A program made the position numbers and the translations under genes. The notes under the pieces were generated by a model that did not search any database, had not been told where the DNA came from, and was given only the letters and a program-made list of their open reading frames with translations. A stretch of DNA of 40,000 bases, from the sequence record MH645904.1; one strand, written 5' to 3'. This document shows, piece after piece, positions 1-8,891 of this stretch (its first letter is position 1; each line of letters starts with the position of its first letter). The stretch is from Vibrio phage vB_VpS_PG07.

Positions 1-241
1 GAAATTCTGATATTCGTACTGCGTAGATACATTCATCATCCGAAGGTCTGATGTATCTCTCAGCCTTAACCACTAGACCTAGGGCAGCAGCAGTTAAGTA
101 GTGCCCCTGTAGATTAGTCACTTTTATTAGGACTTCCGCTGCTACCATCCTGTTAGCATACTGCCTAACTGCTGGAGGCATGTATTCCCTCAGGTAGCGG
201 TGCAGAAGTGTATTAGGTGCTGTTTTAATCATTTAGTTACC

Positions 242-550
242 TCAGCCTAGTAGTTCTGGCAAGAAGATGGTTTGTTTGTGCATCTCACCAACAGGTTTGT
301 ACTTACTGAGTCGTAGGTCAGTAGCCCACCAGTCGATAGTGAGTGTAATAGCCACACTAGGTAGGGGTTGCCCATGGTCGTCTAGAGGAACTAAGCTAGC
401 GAACGTACATCGGTCAGTACCTCCAGTAGGGGACATCACTACGTTTTCTGACCATACTTTAGATACCCAGTATAACATACCAGGGACTAGCTTGTCAGTT
501 CTCTCTTTTTCTAGCTCTGAAGCAGAGAAGACGTAAATTTTGTTTTCCAT
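242..550 (-). CDS. hypothetical phage protein
   Basis: ORF 102 aa on the dominant coding strand. Confidence 0.7.
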   Translation of the reverse strand: MENKIYVFSASELEKERTDKLVPGMLYWVSKVWSENVVMSPTGGTDRCTFASLVPLDDHGQPLPSVAITLTIDWWATDLRLSKYKPVGEMHKQTIFLPELLG

Positions 551-675
551 TAAATCACTCCTACCATGCTGCCTATGATGTACGCTATAGTACCGTAAAA
601 TAACCCAGCCACGACAGCACTAATTGTTAAGATACCTAACAGTATAGCTACTACTATCAATAACTTCTTAATCAT
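550..675 (-). CDS. small single-span membrane protein (41 aa), absent from ORF track
   Basis: Reading minus strand: MIKKLLIVVAILLGILTISAVVAGLFYGTIAYIIGSMVGVI; fits exactly between neighbouring ORFs with overlapping start/stop. Confidence 0.6.
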   Translation of the reverse strand: MIKKLLIVVAILLGILTISAVVAGLFYGTIAYIIGSMVGVI

Positions 676-1046
676 TTGCGCTTACTCCTTTTAGCTGACC
701 CAAACCTAGGCTTAGCTCGGTATGTGTCTCTAGGTTTGTAGGTAGGCTTCTTAGGCTTAACTACTCGCTTAGGTTTAGGTACTGCCTTAGTGGCTGTCTT
801 TGTTTTTGGTTTGACCTGTTTCTTCTTAGGGCTAGGCGGTTTCACCGCCTTCTTTCGCTTATCATAGTCCCAATCTTCGTCTAGGTCTAGTGCATCTAGG
901 ATGTCTTCGCATTCGTTAGAGTCAATTTCTTTCATCTGACCTGGAGGACATTTACCTGCGAAAGTACTCACACCACCGGATTTTCTAGGTGACGTATCGC
1001 ATCCAAACAACGCGAGCGTAAATATTAATATAAATAAGATTTTCAT
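672..1046 (-). CDS. small lipoprotein with Lys/Pro-rich C-terminal half
   Basis: N-terminal signal and lipobox (LALFGC), then long K/P-rich tail. Confidence 0.65.
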   Translation of the reverse strand: MKILFILIFTLALFGCDTSPRKSGGVSTFAGKCPPGQMKEIDSNECEDILDALDLDEDWDYDKRKKAVKPPSPKKKQVKPKTKTATKAVPKPKRVVKPKKPTYKPRDTYRAKPRFGSAKRSKRK

Positions 1047-1306
1047 TTTCTCGATACCTCTACTGGGTCGTCGTTGGTGCAGGGAGTGCTCTCTACCCCT
1101 GACACGTACGCACTGTGTAGGTAACGTTTATGTCTTGCTGCTGTCACCTGTATTTGTGCTTCTGGCAGTGTTCCGAAACACCACTTAAGCTTGTCCACTT
1201 GTCCTTTATGATAAGCTACATAGGCTTGTAGCCCTAGGAGGCTACCAAGAAACATACTGCTAGGGTTCTGTTGCAGTATGTTTAGCTTAGTGCGACCTCT
1301 AACCAC
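1043..1306 (-). CDS. hypothetical protein
   Basis: ORF 87 aa, overlapping start/stop with neighbours. Confidence 0.6.
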   Translation of the reverse strand: MVRGRTKLNILQQNPSSMFLGSLLGLQAYVAYHKGQVDKLKWCFGTLPEAQIQVTAARHKRYLHSAYVSGVESTPCTNDDPVEVSRK

Positions 1307-1488
1307 TAGAAATACCTCTCAGTTTGTTGTAAGAAGCTGCTCTTAGTCATGCTGCGTCGGTGACGAGAAGAACTGCCTAGGTATGCAAAACGTACTACTT
1401 CGTCCTTCACTTCTAGAACCACTATTAGGTTCTTTGGCTTGTATCTGTCTTTAGAGATACAGGTGAATGCTCTGATTTGTCCTTTCAT
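1306..1488 (-). CDS. hypothetical protein
   Basis: ORF 60 aa in operon context. Confidence 0.55.
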   Translation of the reverse strand: MKGQIRAFTCISKDRYKPKNLIVVLEVKDEVVRFAYLGSSSRHRRSMTKSSFLQQTERYF

Positions 1489-2048
1489 AATAGGTCTCCT
1501 GGCAATAAGTCTATCATCTGTTGGCGGCTATTGCGGCCTGCACGCTCAGTCAAGTACTTCTGTATTCTTTTCTTACGCTCCTCTTGTTCTCTGCAGGCAC
1601 GAGACACGAACTTAGTGAAAATACGTAACTCGTCAGGAGTCATCCAAGAAAGTAGAGGGTCTACTTGTCGGTCACGTCCTCTAGATATGTCCCTAAAACG
1701 AGTTGGGGTACTGTGAACAGTAAAGCTCTTTTTGGAGTTTTTGAAGATACACTCATAGGAGCTGTAGTAACTTGTCGCCAACCGTCTAATTTGTACGTTT
1801 TTTGTGCACAGTAGTTGGTGCAATAACGCGAGGTACGGTTTAGGTCTATTCATTATAAATAGGTATTGTGCGATTTCCCCTTCACGATGCTTTAGATGTA
1901 GTTGGAACTTATACCTGCACATAGACACTAGTCCAAACTTCTCCTTTAGGTCTTGGATGGTTCTACTGTCTAACTCAACCCAACCTGGGGAGGCTAAGAA
2001 GTACCTTATCCTATCACTAAGCTGTTGTAGTTTATCGTTCATAGTCAC
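1485..2048 (-). CDS. hypothetical protein
   Basis: ORF 187 aa, preceded by a promoter-like element at 2070-2098. Confidence 0.7.
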   Translation of the reverse strand: MTMNDKLQQLSDRIRYFLASPGWVELDSRTIQDLKEKFGLVSMCRYKFQLHLKHREGEIAQYLFIMNRPKPYLALLHQLLCTKNVQIRRLATSYYSSYECIFKNSKKSFTVHSTPTRFRDISRGRDRQVDPLLSWMTPDELRIFTKFVSRACREQEERKKRIQKYLTERAGRNSRQQMIDLLPGDLL

Positions 2049-2106
2049 TCCAATTCACTTTATATAAATATTATACGAAATTATTAGAGAATTGGCTATT
2101 AATGTT

Positions 2107-2367
2107 TTACCATACTATGCGGTAGCCATAGCTCTTTAGTAAACGTCCGTCCGGCAATCTGTAGTAAATACGTTGAGTATGGAAAAGTGTGGATTTTTCT
2201 ATTTTTCCTAACTCCACCTTAGCCCCTTTCTTCCTAGAGAGTCTTCTATCATAATTGGCTTGCTGTACGCCAATTAGTAAAGCTATATAGTTCTCTAGAC
2301 CTAGGCTCTTAGTCTGCTTACGCAGCTTAGACATGCGCTTCTTATACTGTTTACGAGGCTTCATCAC
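2107..2367 (-). CDS. hypothetical basic protein
   Basis: ORF 86 aa. Confidence 0.6.
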   Translation of the reverse strand: MMKPRKQYKKRMSKLRKQTKSLGLENYIALLIGVQQANYDRRLSRKKGAKVELGKIEKSTLFHTQRIYYRLPDGRLLKSYGYRIVW

Positions 2368-2431
2368 TTACGTCTCTTAAGAACTCGGGTGAAATAAACC
2401 CTGCGGTTGTTTTTTGTTTTTACTTGTCTTT

Positions 2432-2737
2432 TCATTTGAGCTTGTTCCTGATAATTTGGTTAGCTATAATTACGGAGTCCTCATCTATAAAACCAGTGAC
2501 GTCATAGTCACCTTCATATACTAGTAGGTACTCCATTTCCATCGCTGCTTCTCTTAGGGAGAGTCCTGGTTTTACTAGCAGTATCTCACAGCTATCTTCG
2601 CTGTTGTCTAGCATCACACACTCGACAATGTTGTCCTGATGCAGCTCTCCGGTAACGTCGTACCCTTTGAACCCTGAAACGACCTTAGCAAAGAATCGGT
2701 GACCGTTTGGAAGTGCTCTTAGATTTGCATCAAACAT
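2432..2737 (-). CDS. hypothetical acidic protein
   Basis: ORF 101 aa, overlaps next start. Confidence 0.65.
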   Translation of the reverse strand: MFDANLRALPNGHRFFAKVVSGFKGYDVTGELHQDNIVECVMLDNSEDSCEILLVKPGLSLREAAMEMEYLLVYEGDYDVTGFIDEDSVIIANQIIRNKLK

Positions 2738-3257
2738 ATACTGGCTTTCTCCCCTTTAATCTTTTTGTTAGTACTTCGCCAGGTAGATGTTGGTCTCTTC
2801 CCAACCTAGCAAAGGTATCTGCCAAATAACATGGCAAGTTACCTTTAGAGTATTTGCTCTGCTCCCTAGGAGTAAATTGTATTGTTACCCCTTGTTTCTT
2901 CTTCATCAACTCATTGATGTAAAACTTTAGGTGCTGAACCCTAGAGCGTCCAGGGTTCCACTTAGGCTGCTCTAGCTTTAAAAGCTTACCCCCGCCCAAA
3001 GCTCCCTTTACTAGTAACTCATCTAGCAAACGCTCTTGGTCTGTATGTATTACGTCACCCTCTTGAGCTATCTTTAGTGCATAGAGTAAGGCTGTAAGTT
3101 CAGGGATAGTGGCTGTAGTAGTATTCTCTCTCGCAGTGGTATGGGCTTTACAGTGCCCGTAAAACACTTTAGAGTTCGTTACTACTGACCAACCTGCAGT
3201 TAAAGCTATTCCCTTTTTGGTAGTAGCTGTAGCAGAACCGTCACAGTAAATATGCAT
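2730..3257 (-). CDS. ribonuclease H-like protein
   Basis: IYCDGSA...AGWSVV...ATIPELTALLYALKIA...VIHTDQERLL pattern typical of the RNase H fold. Confidence 0.7.
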   Translation of the reverse strand: MHIYCDGSATATTKKGIALTAGWSVVTNSKVFYGHCKAHTTARENTTTATIPELTALLYALKIAQEGDVIHTDQERLLDELLVKGALGGGKLLKLEQPKWNPGRSRVQHLKFYINELMKKKQGVTIQFTPREQSKYSKGNLPCYLADTFARLGRDQHLPGEVLTKRLKGRKPVYV

Positions 3258-3267
3258 ATAGTCTTCC

Positions 3268-3492
3268 TTATCGTGGTTTTGTTTCTACTACGTATTTTAC
3301 AACATCACAGCCGTGGGCTTTGTTTAGTCTCTCTGCTTCTGCCTTGGCAGCGTTAGCTAGTGCAGCATTCCCTACGTATAGTTGGTCGAAGACTTTAACA
3401 GTAGTTCTAGATACTTCCTTGACTCCTTCCCTACCGTATACATACTCGGATTGTACTTCTACTACCATGAATATATCGGTTGAAACTTGCAT
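3268..3492 (-). CDS. hypothetical protein
   Basis: ORF 74 aa. Confidence 0.6.
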   Translation of the reverse strand: MQVSTDIFMVVEVQSEYVYGREGVKEVSRTTVKVFDQLYVGNAALANAAKAEAERLNKAHGCDVVKYVVETKPR

Positions 3493-3520
3493 AATCTTCC
3501 CTCATCTCAATTTATATAAT

Positions 3521-3550
3521 TATTATATCGAATTTTGGGCTTTTTGGCAA
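3521..3550 (-). promoter_or_regulatory. sigma70-like promoter TTGCCA-N18-TATAAT
   Basis: minus strand TTGCCAAAAAGCCCAAAATTCGATATAATAATTATATAAATTG. Confidence 0.7.
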
Positions 3551-3568
3551 CTGTAGAAACGACAAAAC

Positions 3569-3591
3569 CGAGCTAAAGCTCGGTAAAGTCG
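3569..3591 (-). terminator. rho-independent terminator
   Basis: minus strand ACCGAGC-TTTA-GCTCGGT followed by TTTT. Confidence 0.7.
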
Positions 3592-3971
3592 GGGTGCATG
3601 TATAACGTGCCAAAATAGTCAGGAAATTCCTGCAAGTCCAGTCCTTTATTAAGTAAATCTTTCGCAACCCGTAGATTACAGGGTTTACTGCGGAACATGA
3701 TAGTTACTCTGTCGTGAACCTTTTCTAGCATTTTTAGGTCGTCTTTAGTCTTTTTACTGGTACGCACTACGATTAGTCCATCACAATCAAATACTAAAAC
3801 TCTACCCATAGTAGCTAGTACTGTACTAGCCTCTGTGTCGTCTAACAGACGTGAACGTGAAAGTAGGTTGCGTAAAGTCTTACGCTTCTTATAGGAGTCT
3901 ACAGCAGCTTTCGGGGCTGAGTATACCTTCCCGTCGTACTTAAAAATAGTTGCAGTGATGAACTCTACCAT
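3573..3971 (-). CDS. hypothetical protein
   Basis: ORF 132 aa; its stop lies inside the terminator hairpin. Confidence 0.65.
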   Translation of the reverse strand: MVEFITATIFKYDGKVYSAPKAAVDSYKKRKTLRNLLSRSRLLDDTEASTVLATMGRVLVFDCDGLIVVRTSKKTKDDLKMLEKVHDRVTIMFRSKPCNLRVAKDLLNKGLDLQEFPDYFGTLYMHPDFTEL

Positions 3972-3972
3972 A

Positions 3973-4278
3973 CTACTTACTCCACTTGATAGTAATTTTG
4001 AACTCCGGGCCTATAGAGCCCAGTGAAGGGGAGTTTTCTACCCTTACTAAGTACTCCATCATATGCAAATACTCTAGGGCTGCTTCAGGGGGCTTCGGCC
4101 CATAGATAACAATTTCGTCTTTGGGGCATGCTTTAAGCCAGTTATCTTTAAGCTTGCCCTGTACGTTTTTCAAGAAGGTAATAGCTCCTTCTTTCCTTTT
4201 AGCCGCAACAAGACCTACCACTGCCTGTGCCGTAGGAAAGTCTTGAAGGTCTTCATTACTAATTACTATCTTGGTCAT
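3973..4278 (-). CDS. hypothetical protein (start trimmed from 4329)
   Basis: ORF; internal Met (MTKIVISNED) avoids overlap with the upstream lipoprotein gene. Confidence 0.55.
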   Translation of the reverse strand: MTKIVISNEDLQDFPTAQAVVGLVAAKRKEGAITFLKNVQGKLKDNWLKACPKDEIVIYGPKPPEAALEYLHMMEYLVRVENSPSLGSIGPEFKITIKWSK

Positions 4279-4594
4279 ATCTAGTGTCCTGCTCCCGATA
4301 CTGTTGTATCGCTTTTCTAAGTTCTTCATTAACCGATTTATACTCGTTCATCCACTTAGCAAACTCAAGCCAGTCATCGTATAAGAATCCTATATACGCT
4401 TTATCCGGCAGTTCTCCACTAGCGATGCGTTCGGAGGTAATGGCCTTAATTTTAAGTCCTGGGTTACTGGGGTTGTCCGGGATTACTGGGTGAAATAATA
4501 CAACATCATTACTGACCTCAACCCTAGGCTCTTGTGGTGCGGAGGCACAGCCACCGAGCAACAGTAGCCCTATTAGTAACGCTTTAATTCGCAT
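4259..4594 (-). CDS. o-spanin-like lipoprotein (Rz1-like)
   Basis: LLLLGGC lipobox; ends overlapping the i-spanin-like gene; ...YIGFLYDDWLEFAKWM... region typical of phage spanin partners. Confidence 0.7.
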   Translation of the reverse strand: MRIKALLIGLLLLGGCASAPQEPRVEVSNDVVLFHPVIPDNPSNPGLKIKAITSERIASGELPDKAYIGFLYDDWLEFAKWMNEYKSVNEELRKAIQQYREQDTRYDQDSN

Positions 4595-4970
4595 TCTCCA
4601 CCTCCGTAAAGAATTTATCTAGAGCCTTCTGCTCTAGACGCTCTACCAGTCCTGGCTTGGCATATACTACATCCTGCCTACCTTTGTACTGGTTGATTTC
4701 TTCGTTCTTCTGCACTAAGGACTTCCGTAAATCGGATAGTCGGTTTTCGTAATCGACCTGTAAGTCATACAGGCGATTCTCCCTACTCTTAGCCTGAACT
4801 AGTGCTTGATTAGCCGCTGAAAGGTCTAACTGTAGGGCTTCTATTTTGGCCGTTTTCTCTGCTAGAGCAGTTTCCGCTCTAGAGTGTTGTAACGCAAACC
4901 ACCCCGTGGTGGCTGACGCTACGAGTAATAGGCCTAAAGAAATCTTTAGACCCAAAGATGATGTAATCAT
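4584..4970 (-). CDS. i-spanin-like protein (Rz-like)
   Basis: N-terminal TM segment followed by coiled coil and VYAKPGLVERLEQKA motif. Confidence 0.75.
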   Translation of the reverse strand: MITSSLGLKISLGLLLVASATTGWFALQHSRAETALAEKTAKIEALQLDLSAANQALVQAKSRENRLYDLQVDYENRLSDLRKSLVQKNEEINQYKGRQDVVYAKPGLVERLEQKALDKFFTEVENAN

Positions 4971-4979
4971 ACGCTCTCC

Positions 4980-5561
4980 CTAACCACGGTCTCGGGGTTC
5001 TTCTTGGGTAAATGGATTATCCGCTTTAATGTACGCTACAACGCTACGTAAGGTTAAAATACTTCCCCAAGCATCATACCCTACATCAGCAATACGTCCT
5101 GGGTACCCAGGTCCGCTACCGTGTTGGTGCCCGTGAAGCATGATAGCCCCGCGATGTTTCTGGTTCCATTCAGCCAAAGGAAAGTGCATAAGGCATAGTT
5201 TAGTGCCGTCTAGGCGACACTCTACGTATTCATGCATGTGGTCTCCAGACCGTTGTAGGACAGAGTCTAAGCTCTTGTCGTGGTTCCCACGAACCCATAC
5301 AATCTTCCCGTTTAGGCGGTCGATAATGTTTTTGGTCTTCTCAGCTCCGTAGAACGAGAAGTCCCCTAAGTGGAAAATCACGTCGTTCTCTTTCACCAGA
5401 GAGTTCCAGTGATTAATTAGGTGCTCATCCATTTCTTCTACAGAAGCCTGTGGTCGGGTTTCTGGACAGAAGTTAAGGATATTTTTGTGTCCGAAGTGTA
5501 GGTCTGACGTAACCCAGTAGGTTACGTTAGGGTCTAACTTCGCGTTAAATGTAAGTCGCAC
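4980..5561 (-). CDS. calcineurin-like metallophosphoesterase
   Basis: SDLHFGHKNI, GDFSF, GNHD, HGHQH motifs. Confidence 0.9.
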   Translation of the reverse strand: MRLTFNAKLDPNVTYWVTSDLHFGHKNILNFCPETRPQASVEEMDEHLINHWNSLVKENDVIFHLGDFSFYGAEKTKNIIDRLNGKIVWVRGNHDKSLDSVLQRSGDHMHEYVECRLDGTKLCLMHFPLAEWNQKHRGAIMLHGHQHGSGPGYPGRIADVGYDAWGSILTLRSVVAYIKADNPFTQEEPRDRG

Positions 5562-5887
5562 TACAATGCTCCTTCTGTGTCAATCAACTCTCTAAATAGT
5601 TGGTTTTTAATCCTGCGCTCCAGCCTGACAACCTCACCACGTGCAGCAGATACCCCTTGATAAGCATCTTCTAGTTGTGAGAGTGCTTTATAGGCTTCGC
5701 GAGATAGCTTATTACCTACAGTACCTTCTTCTTGGGTGCGACGTAGGTTCATGACCTTACGTCTAGCTTTTACCAAGTTGATTACTGCTTTCTTATACTC
5801 TGACAAGTCTACCATTCTGCCTCTACCTCGTCTTCGTCTGGTTCTTCTACTGCTACTAGGATGTGCTCTTTGTCTTCGCTCCACCAT
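5561..5887 (-). CDS. hypothetical protein
   Basis: ORF 108 aa; true start may be internal (MVDLSEYKK). Confidence 0.55.
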   Translation of the reverse strand: MVERRQRAHPSSSRRTRRRRGRGRMVDLSEYKKAVINLVKARRKVMNLRRTQEEGTVGNKLSREAYKALSQLEDAYQGVSAARGEVVRLERRIKNQLFRELIDTEGAL

Positions 5888-6183
5888 ACCCAGGTGGTTA
5901 GTTGGTCAGGGCTCCAAGGGTCGTCTACCTGATAGAATGTCCCAAAACCTTCTATAAATTTAGTCTGATAATCTGCATGGTAGTTAGCAGGGGTCTGTAG
6001 AATCTGAATAGAGATGTCTCTACATAGCTTTTCTACCGACTCACTCTCAAATTCTGGGTCTAGGGAGAAGAAGGATTTGTCCCATTCCTCCTTAATCAAA
6101 TAAGCTAGTAAAGAACCCCAGTTATTGGAGGTTACTGTTATAGATTGAATAAATTTTACTCTCATAGGTTGTCCTCCACGCAA
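5809..6183 (-). CDS. hypothetical acidic protein
   Basis: ORF 124 aa. Confidence 0.65.
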   Translation of the reverse strand: MRGGQPMRVKFIQSITVTSNNWGSLLAYLIKEEWDKSFFSLDPEFESESVEKLCRDISIQILQTPANYHADYQTKFIEGFGTFYQVDDPWSPDQLTTWVWWSEDKEHILVAVEEPDEDEVEAEW

Positions 6184-6527
6184 TCGTCACATACAGGTTC
6201 GTCGTTAAGGTACTCTCCCCACCAACCGCAAGCTTTGCATAGCGAAAAGCCAGAACCCGCCCATAAATCATAGGCTTTGTCCCACACATCGTCGGTATCT
6301 AGGTAGTGGGCTAGAGCCTTGGATAGCTTCTCTAATTCGTCGGAATATTTATACATAGGCGTTCGACCACCTAAGTGGTCAGCCACGTAAGATGCTAGGA
6401 AGTTATAGCAGGTATCCTCTACTGCCGTACTACAGTAGCTAGAGTAGGTACATGTTCCTTCTAGTGTGGCCTGAAGGCCAGCCACTACATCATCTTTGGT
6501 GATTTTAACTAACATAACTTTCTCCAT
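6162..6527 (-). CDS. hypothetical protein with C-terminal Cys-pair zinc-binding motif
   Basis: CKACGWWGEYLNDEPVCDDC. Confidence 0.7.
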   Translation of the reverse strand: MEKVMLVKITKDDVVAGLQATLEGTCTYSSYCSTAVEDTCYNFLASYVADHLGGRTPMYKYSDELEKLSKALAHYLDTDDVWDKAYDLWAGSGFSLCKACGWWGEYLNDEPVCDDCVEDNL

Positions 6528-6543
6528 CTCAATTTATATAAAT

Positions 6544-6572
6544 ATTATATCGAAATTCACGAATCTTGGCAA
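6544..6572 (-). promoter_or_regulatory. sigma70-like promoter TTGCCA-N17-TATAAT
   Basis: minus strand TTGCCAAGATTCGTGAATTTCGATATAATATTTATATAAATTG. Confidence 0.75.
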
Positions 6573-6847
6573 TATAAATTTATCAATTTTTCCTCTACAC
6601 CGAGTAGAAGTTTGTCGTAATCCCAAATATTTTCAGTGACTTCTATGGGGTCGTCACTCATATGACAACATACCCTAGCAGTGTACTTAAAGTGTATTGG
6701 GTCACTTACTAGTATGGCGTGGAACACGTCCGGAAAGCTGAAGGCTATTTCATCTAACATCTGCTCTAGGACGTACTTCTTAAAGTACGTCCCGTTACTC
6801 CTATACTCCATACAGTCTCCTATAGTTTCAGACTGTCCCGTAAACAA
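6557..6847 (-). CDS. hypothetical protein
   Basis: ORF 96 aa. Confidence 0.6.
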   Translation of the reverse strand: MFTGQSETIGDCMEYRSNGTYFKKYVLEQMLDEIAFSFPDVFHAILVSDPIHFKYTARVCCHMSDDPIEVTENIWDYDKLLLGVEEKLINLYCQDS

Positions 6848-7230
6848 CGTCGCTGACGTTCTAGTGTTGCTTCAGGCACGTTATGCACTGAGCAGTTACC
6901 ATGACGGTTTTCCACCGCTAAAGATACAATTCGTGCTCCGAAGTCTTCCGCCATCTCAATATATGGGCGCATCTCTTTATCGGTAGAGAAAGTGTTATGA
7001 ACAATGACGTTCTCTACATGAGTATCTGCCAAAGCACGAGCCACTTGAGAAACACACCAATTATGTGCCCTTCCTAGCTGTTTGCGCTCCCAATTGTAAT
7101 TGCCTTGAGCATCATTGAAGAAGTCGTCAGCAGCATAAGCTACAGAGTCAGGAAGGGCAGCCTCTAGGGTCTTGGCCATAGTAGTTTTGCCCGAGCCGGA
7201 TACACCACGAATTAGGTATAGTGTTTTCAT
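6820..7230 (-). CDS. P-loop kinase/ATPase (polynucleotide-kinase-like AAA domain)
   Basis: Walker A GVSGSGKTT, ADDFF motif. Confidence 0.75.
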   Translation of the reverse strand: MKTLYLIRGVSGSGKTTMAKTLEAALPDSVAYAADDFFNDAQGNYNWERKQLGRAHNWCVSQVARALADTHVENVIVHNTFSTDKEMRPYIEMAEDFGARIVSLAVENRHGNCSVHNVPEATLERQRRCLRDSLKL

Positions 7231-7463
7231 TTTAAGTAGAACTCCAGATTAAGCTTAAAGTAGTAGGTAGTATTCTCCCCTACAGGTGCGGTGCCGTGGA
7301 AGGTTAGCCCCTTGGCCTCTAGTTCGCTAACTACGTAAGTGCTCCAGTAATTAGGTATACCATCTACAGTAACCCAGCCACCGTCATGGTCAATTTGGGA
7401 GATAGTAGAGAACTCAGGGGACACAATTTCCTCTATCTTATCTATGTACTCTTCGTATGTCAC
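7227..7463 (-). CDS. hypothetical protein
   Basis: ORF 78 aa. Confidence 0.6.
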   Translation of the reverse strand: MTYEEYIDKIEEIVSPEFSTISQIDHDGGWVTVDGIPNYWSTYVVSELEAKGLTFHGTAPVGENTTYYFKLNLEFYLK

Positions 7464-8026
7464 TACTCACGCTCCATTTTAGCCAGTTCTTCTGCCAACG
7501 CCTTCCACTTCATATCAGCGGACGCGGCCATCTTCGTCTGCCTACGAACCTCTTTCAGTGCGTTGGCTTTCTCGCGTTCTAGAACTTCCATGGTGTTTGC
7601 CAGCTTCTGCATCTTATCCTTTTTCTTCCAAGCTAGATGCTCCGGAAACTTGGAACGTGCCATGTAATGTAGTTCTGGGTTGTACACTTCATAGATAGAC
7701 TCTGTATTACCGTTTACGAAGTCGTTCCAGTCTTCCTCCCAACCTCCGTGGCCTCCACAGTCTCCACAACTTACAGGCTCCCCGCTTTCGAAGTCTTCCG
7801 TAGTACCTTCACCATCACAGTGAGGGCATACTTCCCACTCAGACTCTCCACTAGCACTGGCCACGTCTTGACACGCTTCCCGGTCAAAGGTTCGCATTGC
7901 GTCTTCTGTAAATGGGCCGACTACCTCGGCATCTCTCCAGTATTCTGGACTAGTTTCGTCCTCATCGTGGACACCAAAACGACGTAGGCTATTACTAACG
8001 TAGTGTACATAGTAGTTCTTTTCCAT
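7463..8026 (-). CDS. hypothetical protein with DnaJ-type CxxCxGxG zinc motifs
   Basis: CPHCDGEG...CGDCGGHG. Confidence 0.7.
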   Translation of the reverse strand: MEKNYYVHYVSNSLRRFGVHDEDETSPEYWRDAEVVGPFTEDAMRTFDREACQDVASASGESEWEVCPHCDGEGTTEDFESGEPVSCGDCGGHGGWEEDWNDFVNGNTESIYEVYNPELHYMARSKFPEHLAWKKKDKMQKLANTMEVLEREKANALKEVRRQTKMAASADMKWKALAEELAKMERE

Positions 8027-8056
8027 AAAGATTCCCTCAATTCATTTTATACAAGT

Positions 8057-8085
8057 ATTATAACGAAAAAAGAGAATCTTTGCAA
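8057..8085 (-). promoter_or_regulatory. sigma70-like promoter TTGCAA-N17-TATAAT, -35 located inside a terminator hairpin
   Basis: minus strand TTGCAAAGATTCTCTTTTTTCGTTATAATAC. Confidence 0.7.
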
Positions 8086-8098
8086 TCAAAGATTCTCT
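8071..8098 (-). terminator. rho-independent terminator
   Basis: 12-bp perfect inverted repeat AGAGAATCTTTG-ATTG-CAAAGATTCTCT followed by T tract on minus strand. Confidence 0.75.
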
Positions 8099-8559
8099 AG
8101 AAATATGGCTATAGCCTTATCGACGTCGGACTCTTGAATCCCTTTCATTCCGTTTACACGAACAAAATTATGGCGTTGTGGGTAGAGCATATCACAGTCA
8201 TCATCTAGGATGACGTAAGCCCTATAGTTATGTCCTAACTCTTCCGCATTGTCTTTAAGGTATGCATAGATTTCGTTGCCTCTAACAGAGTACTTACCAA
8301 AAGAGCACGTTTTGCCTATAACTTCTGCGGTCAAGCCGAGACGCAGACATACGTCTGCAAGCTCGTCTATATCAGTATCTAACCGCCATGTTGAGCTTAT
8401 TACTAACTTACAGTTAGGTACGGCTTGGGTTATCTTGTTCACTCTATCTACTAGGTGTGGCTGGAAGAAACCAAAGAAATCACCTTTCAACCACTCTATC
8501 TCTCCCTCGTCTGAGTTTATGACTCCGTCGAAGTCTAGGAATAGTATTGGGTACGTCAT
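8086..8559 (-). CDS. HAD-superfamily phosphatase-like protein
   Basis: LFLDFDGVINSDEG motif I, VISSTWR motif II, DDD motif. Confidence 0.75.
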   Translation of the reverse strand: MTYPILFLDFDGVINSDEGEIEWLKGDFFGFFQPHLVDRVNKITQAVPNCKLVISSTWRLDTDIDELADVCLRLGLTAEVIGKTCSFGKYSVRGNEIYAYLKDNAEELGHNYRAYVILDDDCDMLYPQRHNFVRVNGMKGIQESDVDKAIAIFLENL

Positions 8560-8891
8560 TTAACCTCCAGATGGATTTCCCCGTCAATTACTCGAGCCCC
8601 TGTTACTTTTCGCCCATTGACCATTATAGGGGTGGAGCACTCTTTAATGATATTAGCCAGAGTGTAGTAATCCTGCTCTGCGAATACATCTTTATCCACG
8701 ATACTAAACTGGGCATCACCACCTTGGAACTTCCAATCCGGGTCCACCTCGATGTTGTAGAGTTCTCCACCTGGACAAGTAACACTTAGGTAGTAATCCG
8801 TGATGGTAGCTTGAATCACCTTACCCTCTAGAGGCATTAGAGGTATCCAGGGCTGCTCGTTGCTTAGTACTACGTATACTTCTTTACTCAT
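8556..8891 (-). CDS. hypothetical protein
   Basis: ORF 111 aa. Confidence 0.65.
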   Translation of the reverse strand: MSKEVYVVLSNEQPWIPLMPLEGKVIQATITDYYLSVTCPGGELYNIEVDPDWKFQGGDAQFSIVDKDVFAEQDYYTLANIIKECSTPIMVNGRKVTGARVIDGEIHLEVK

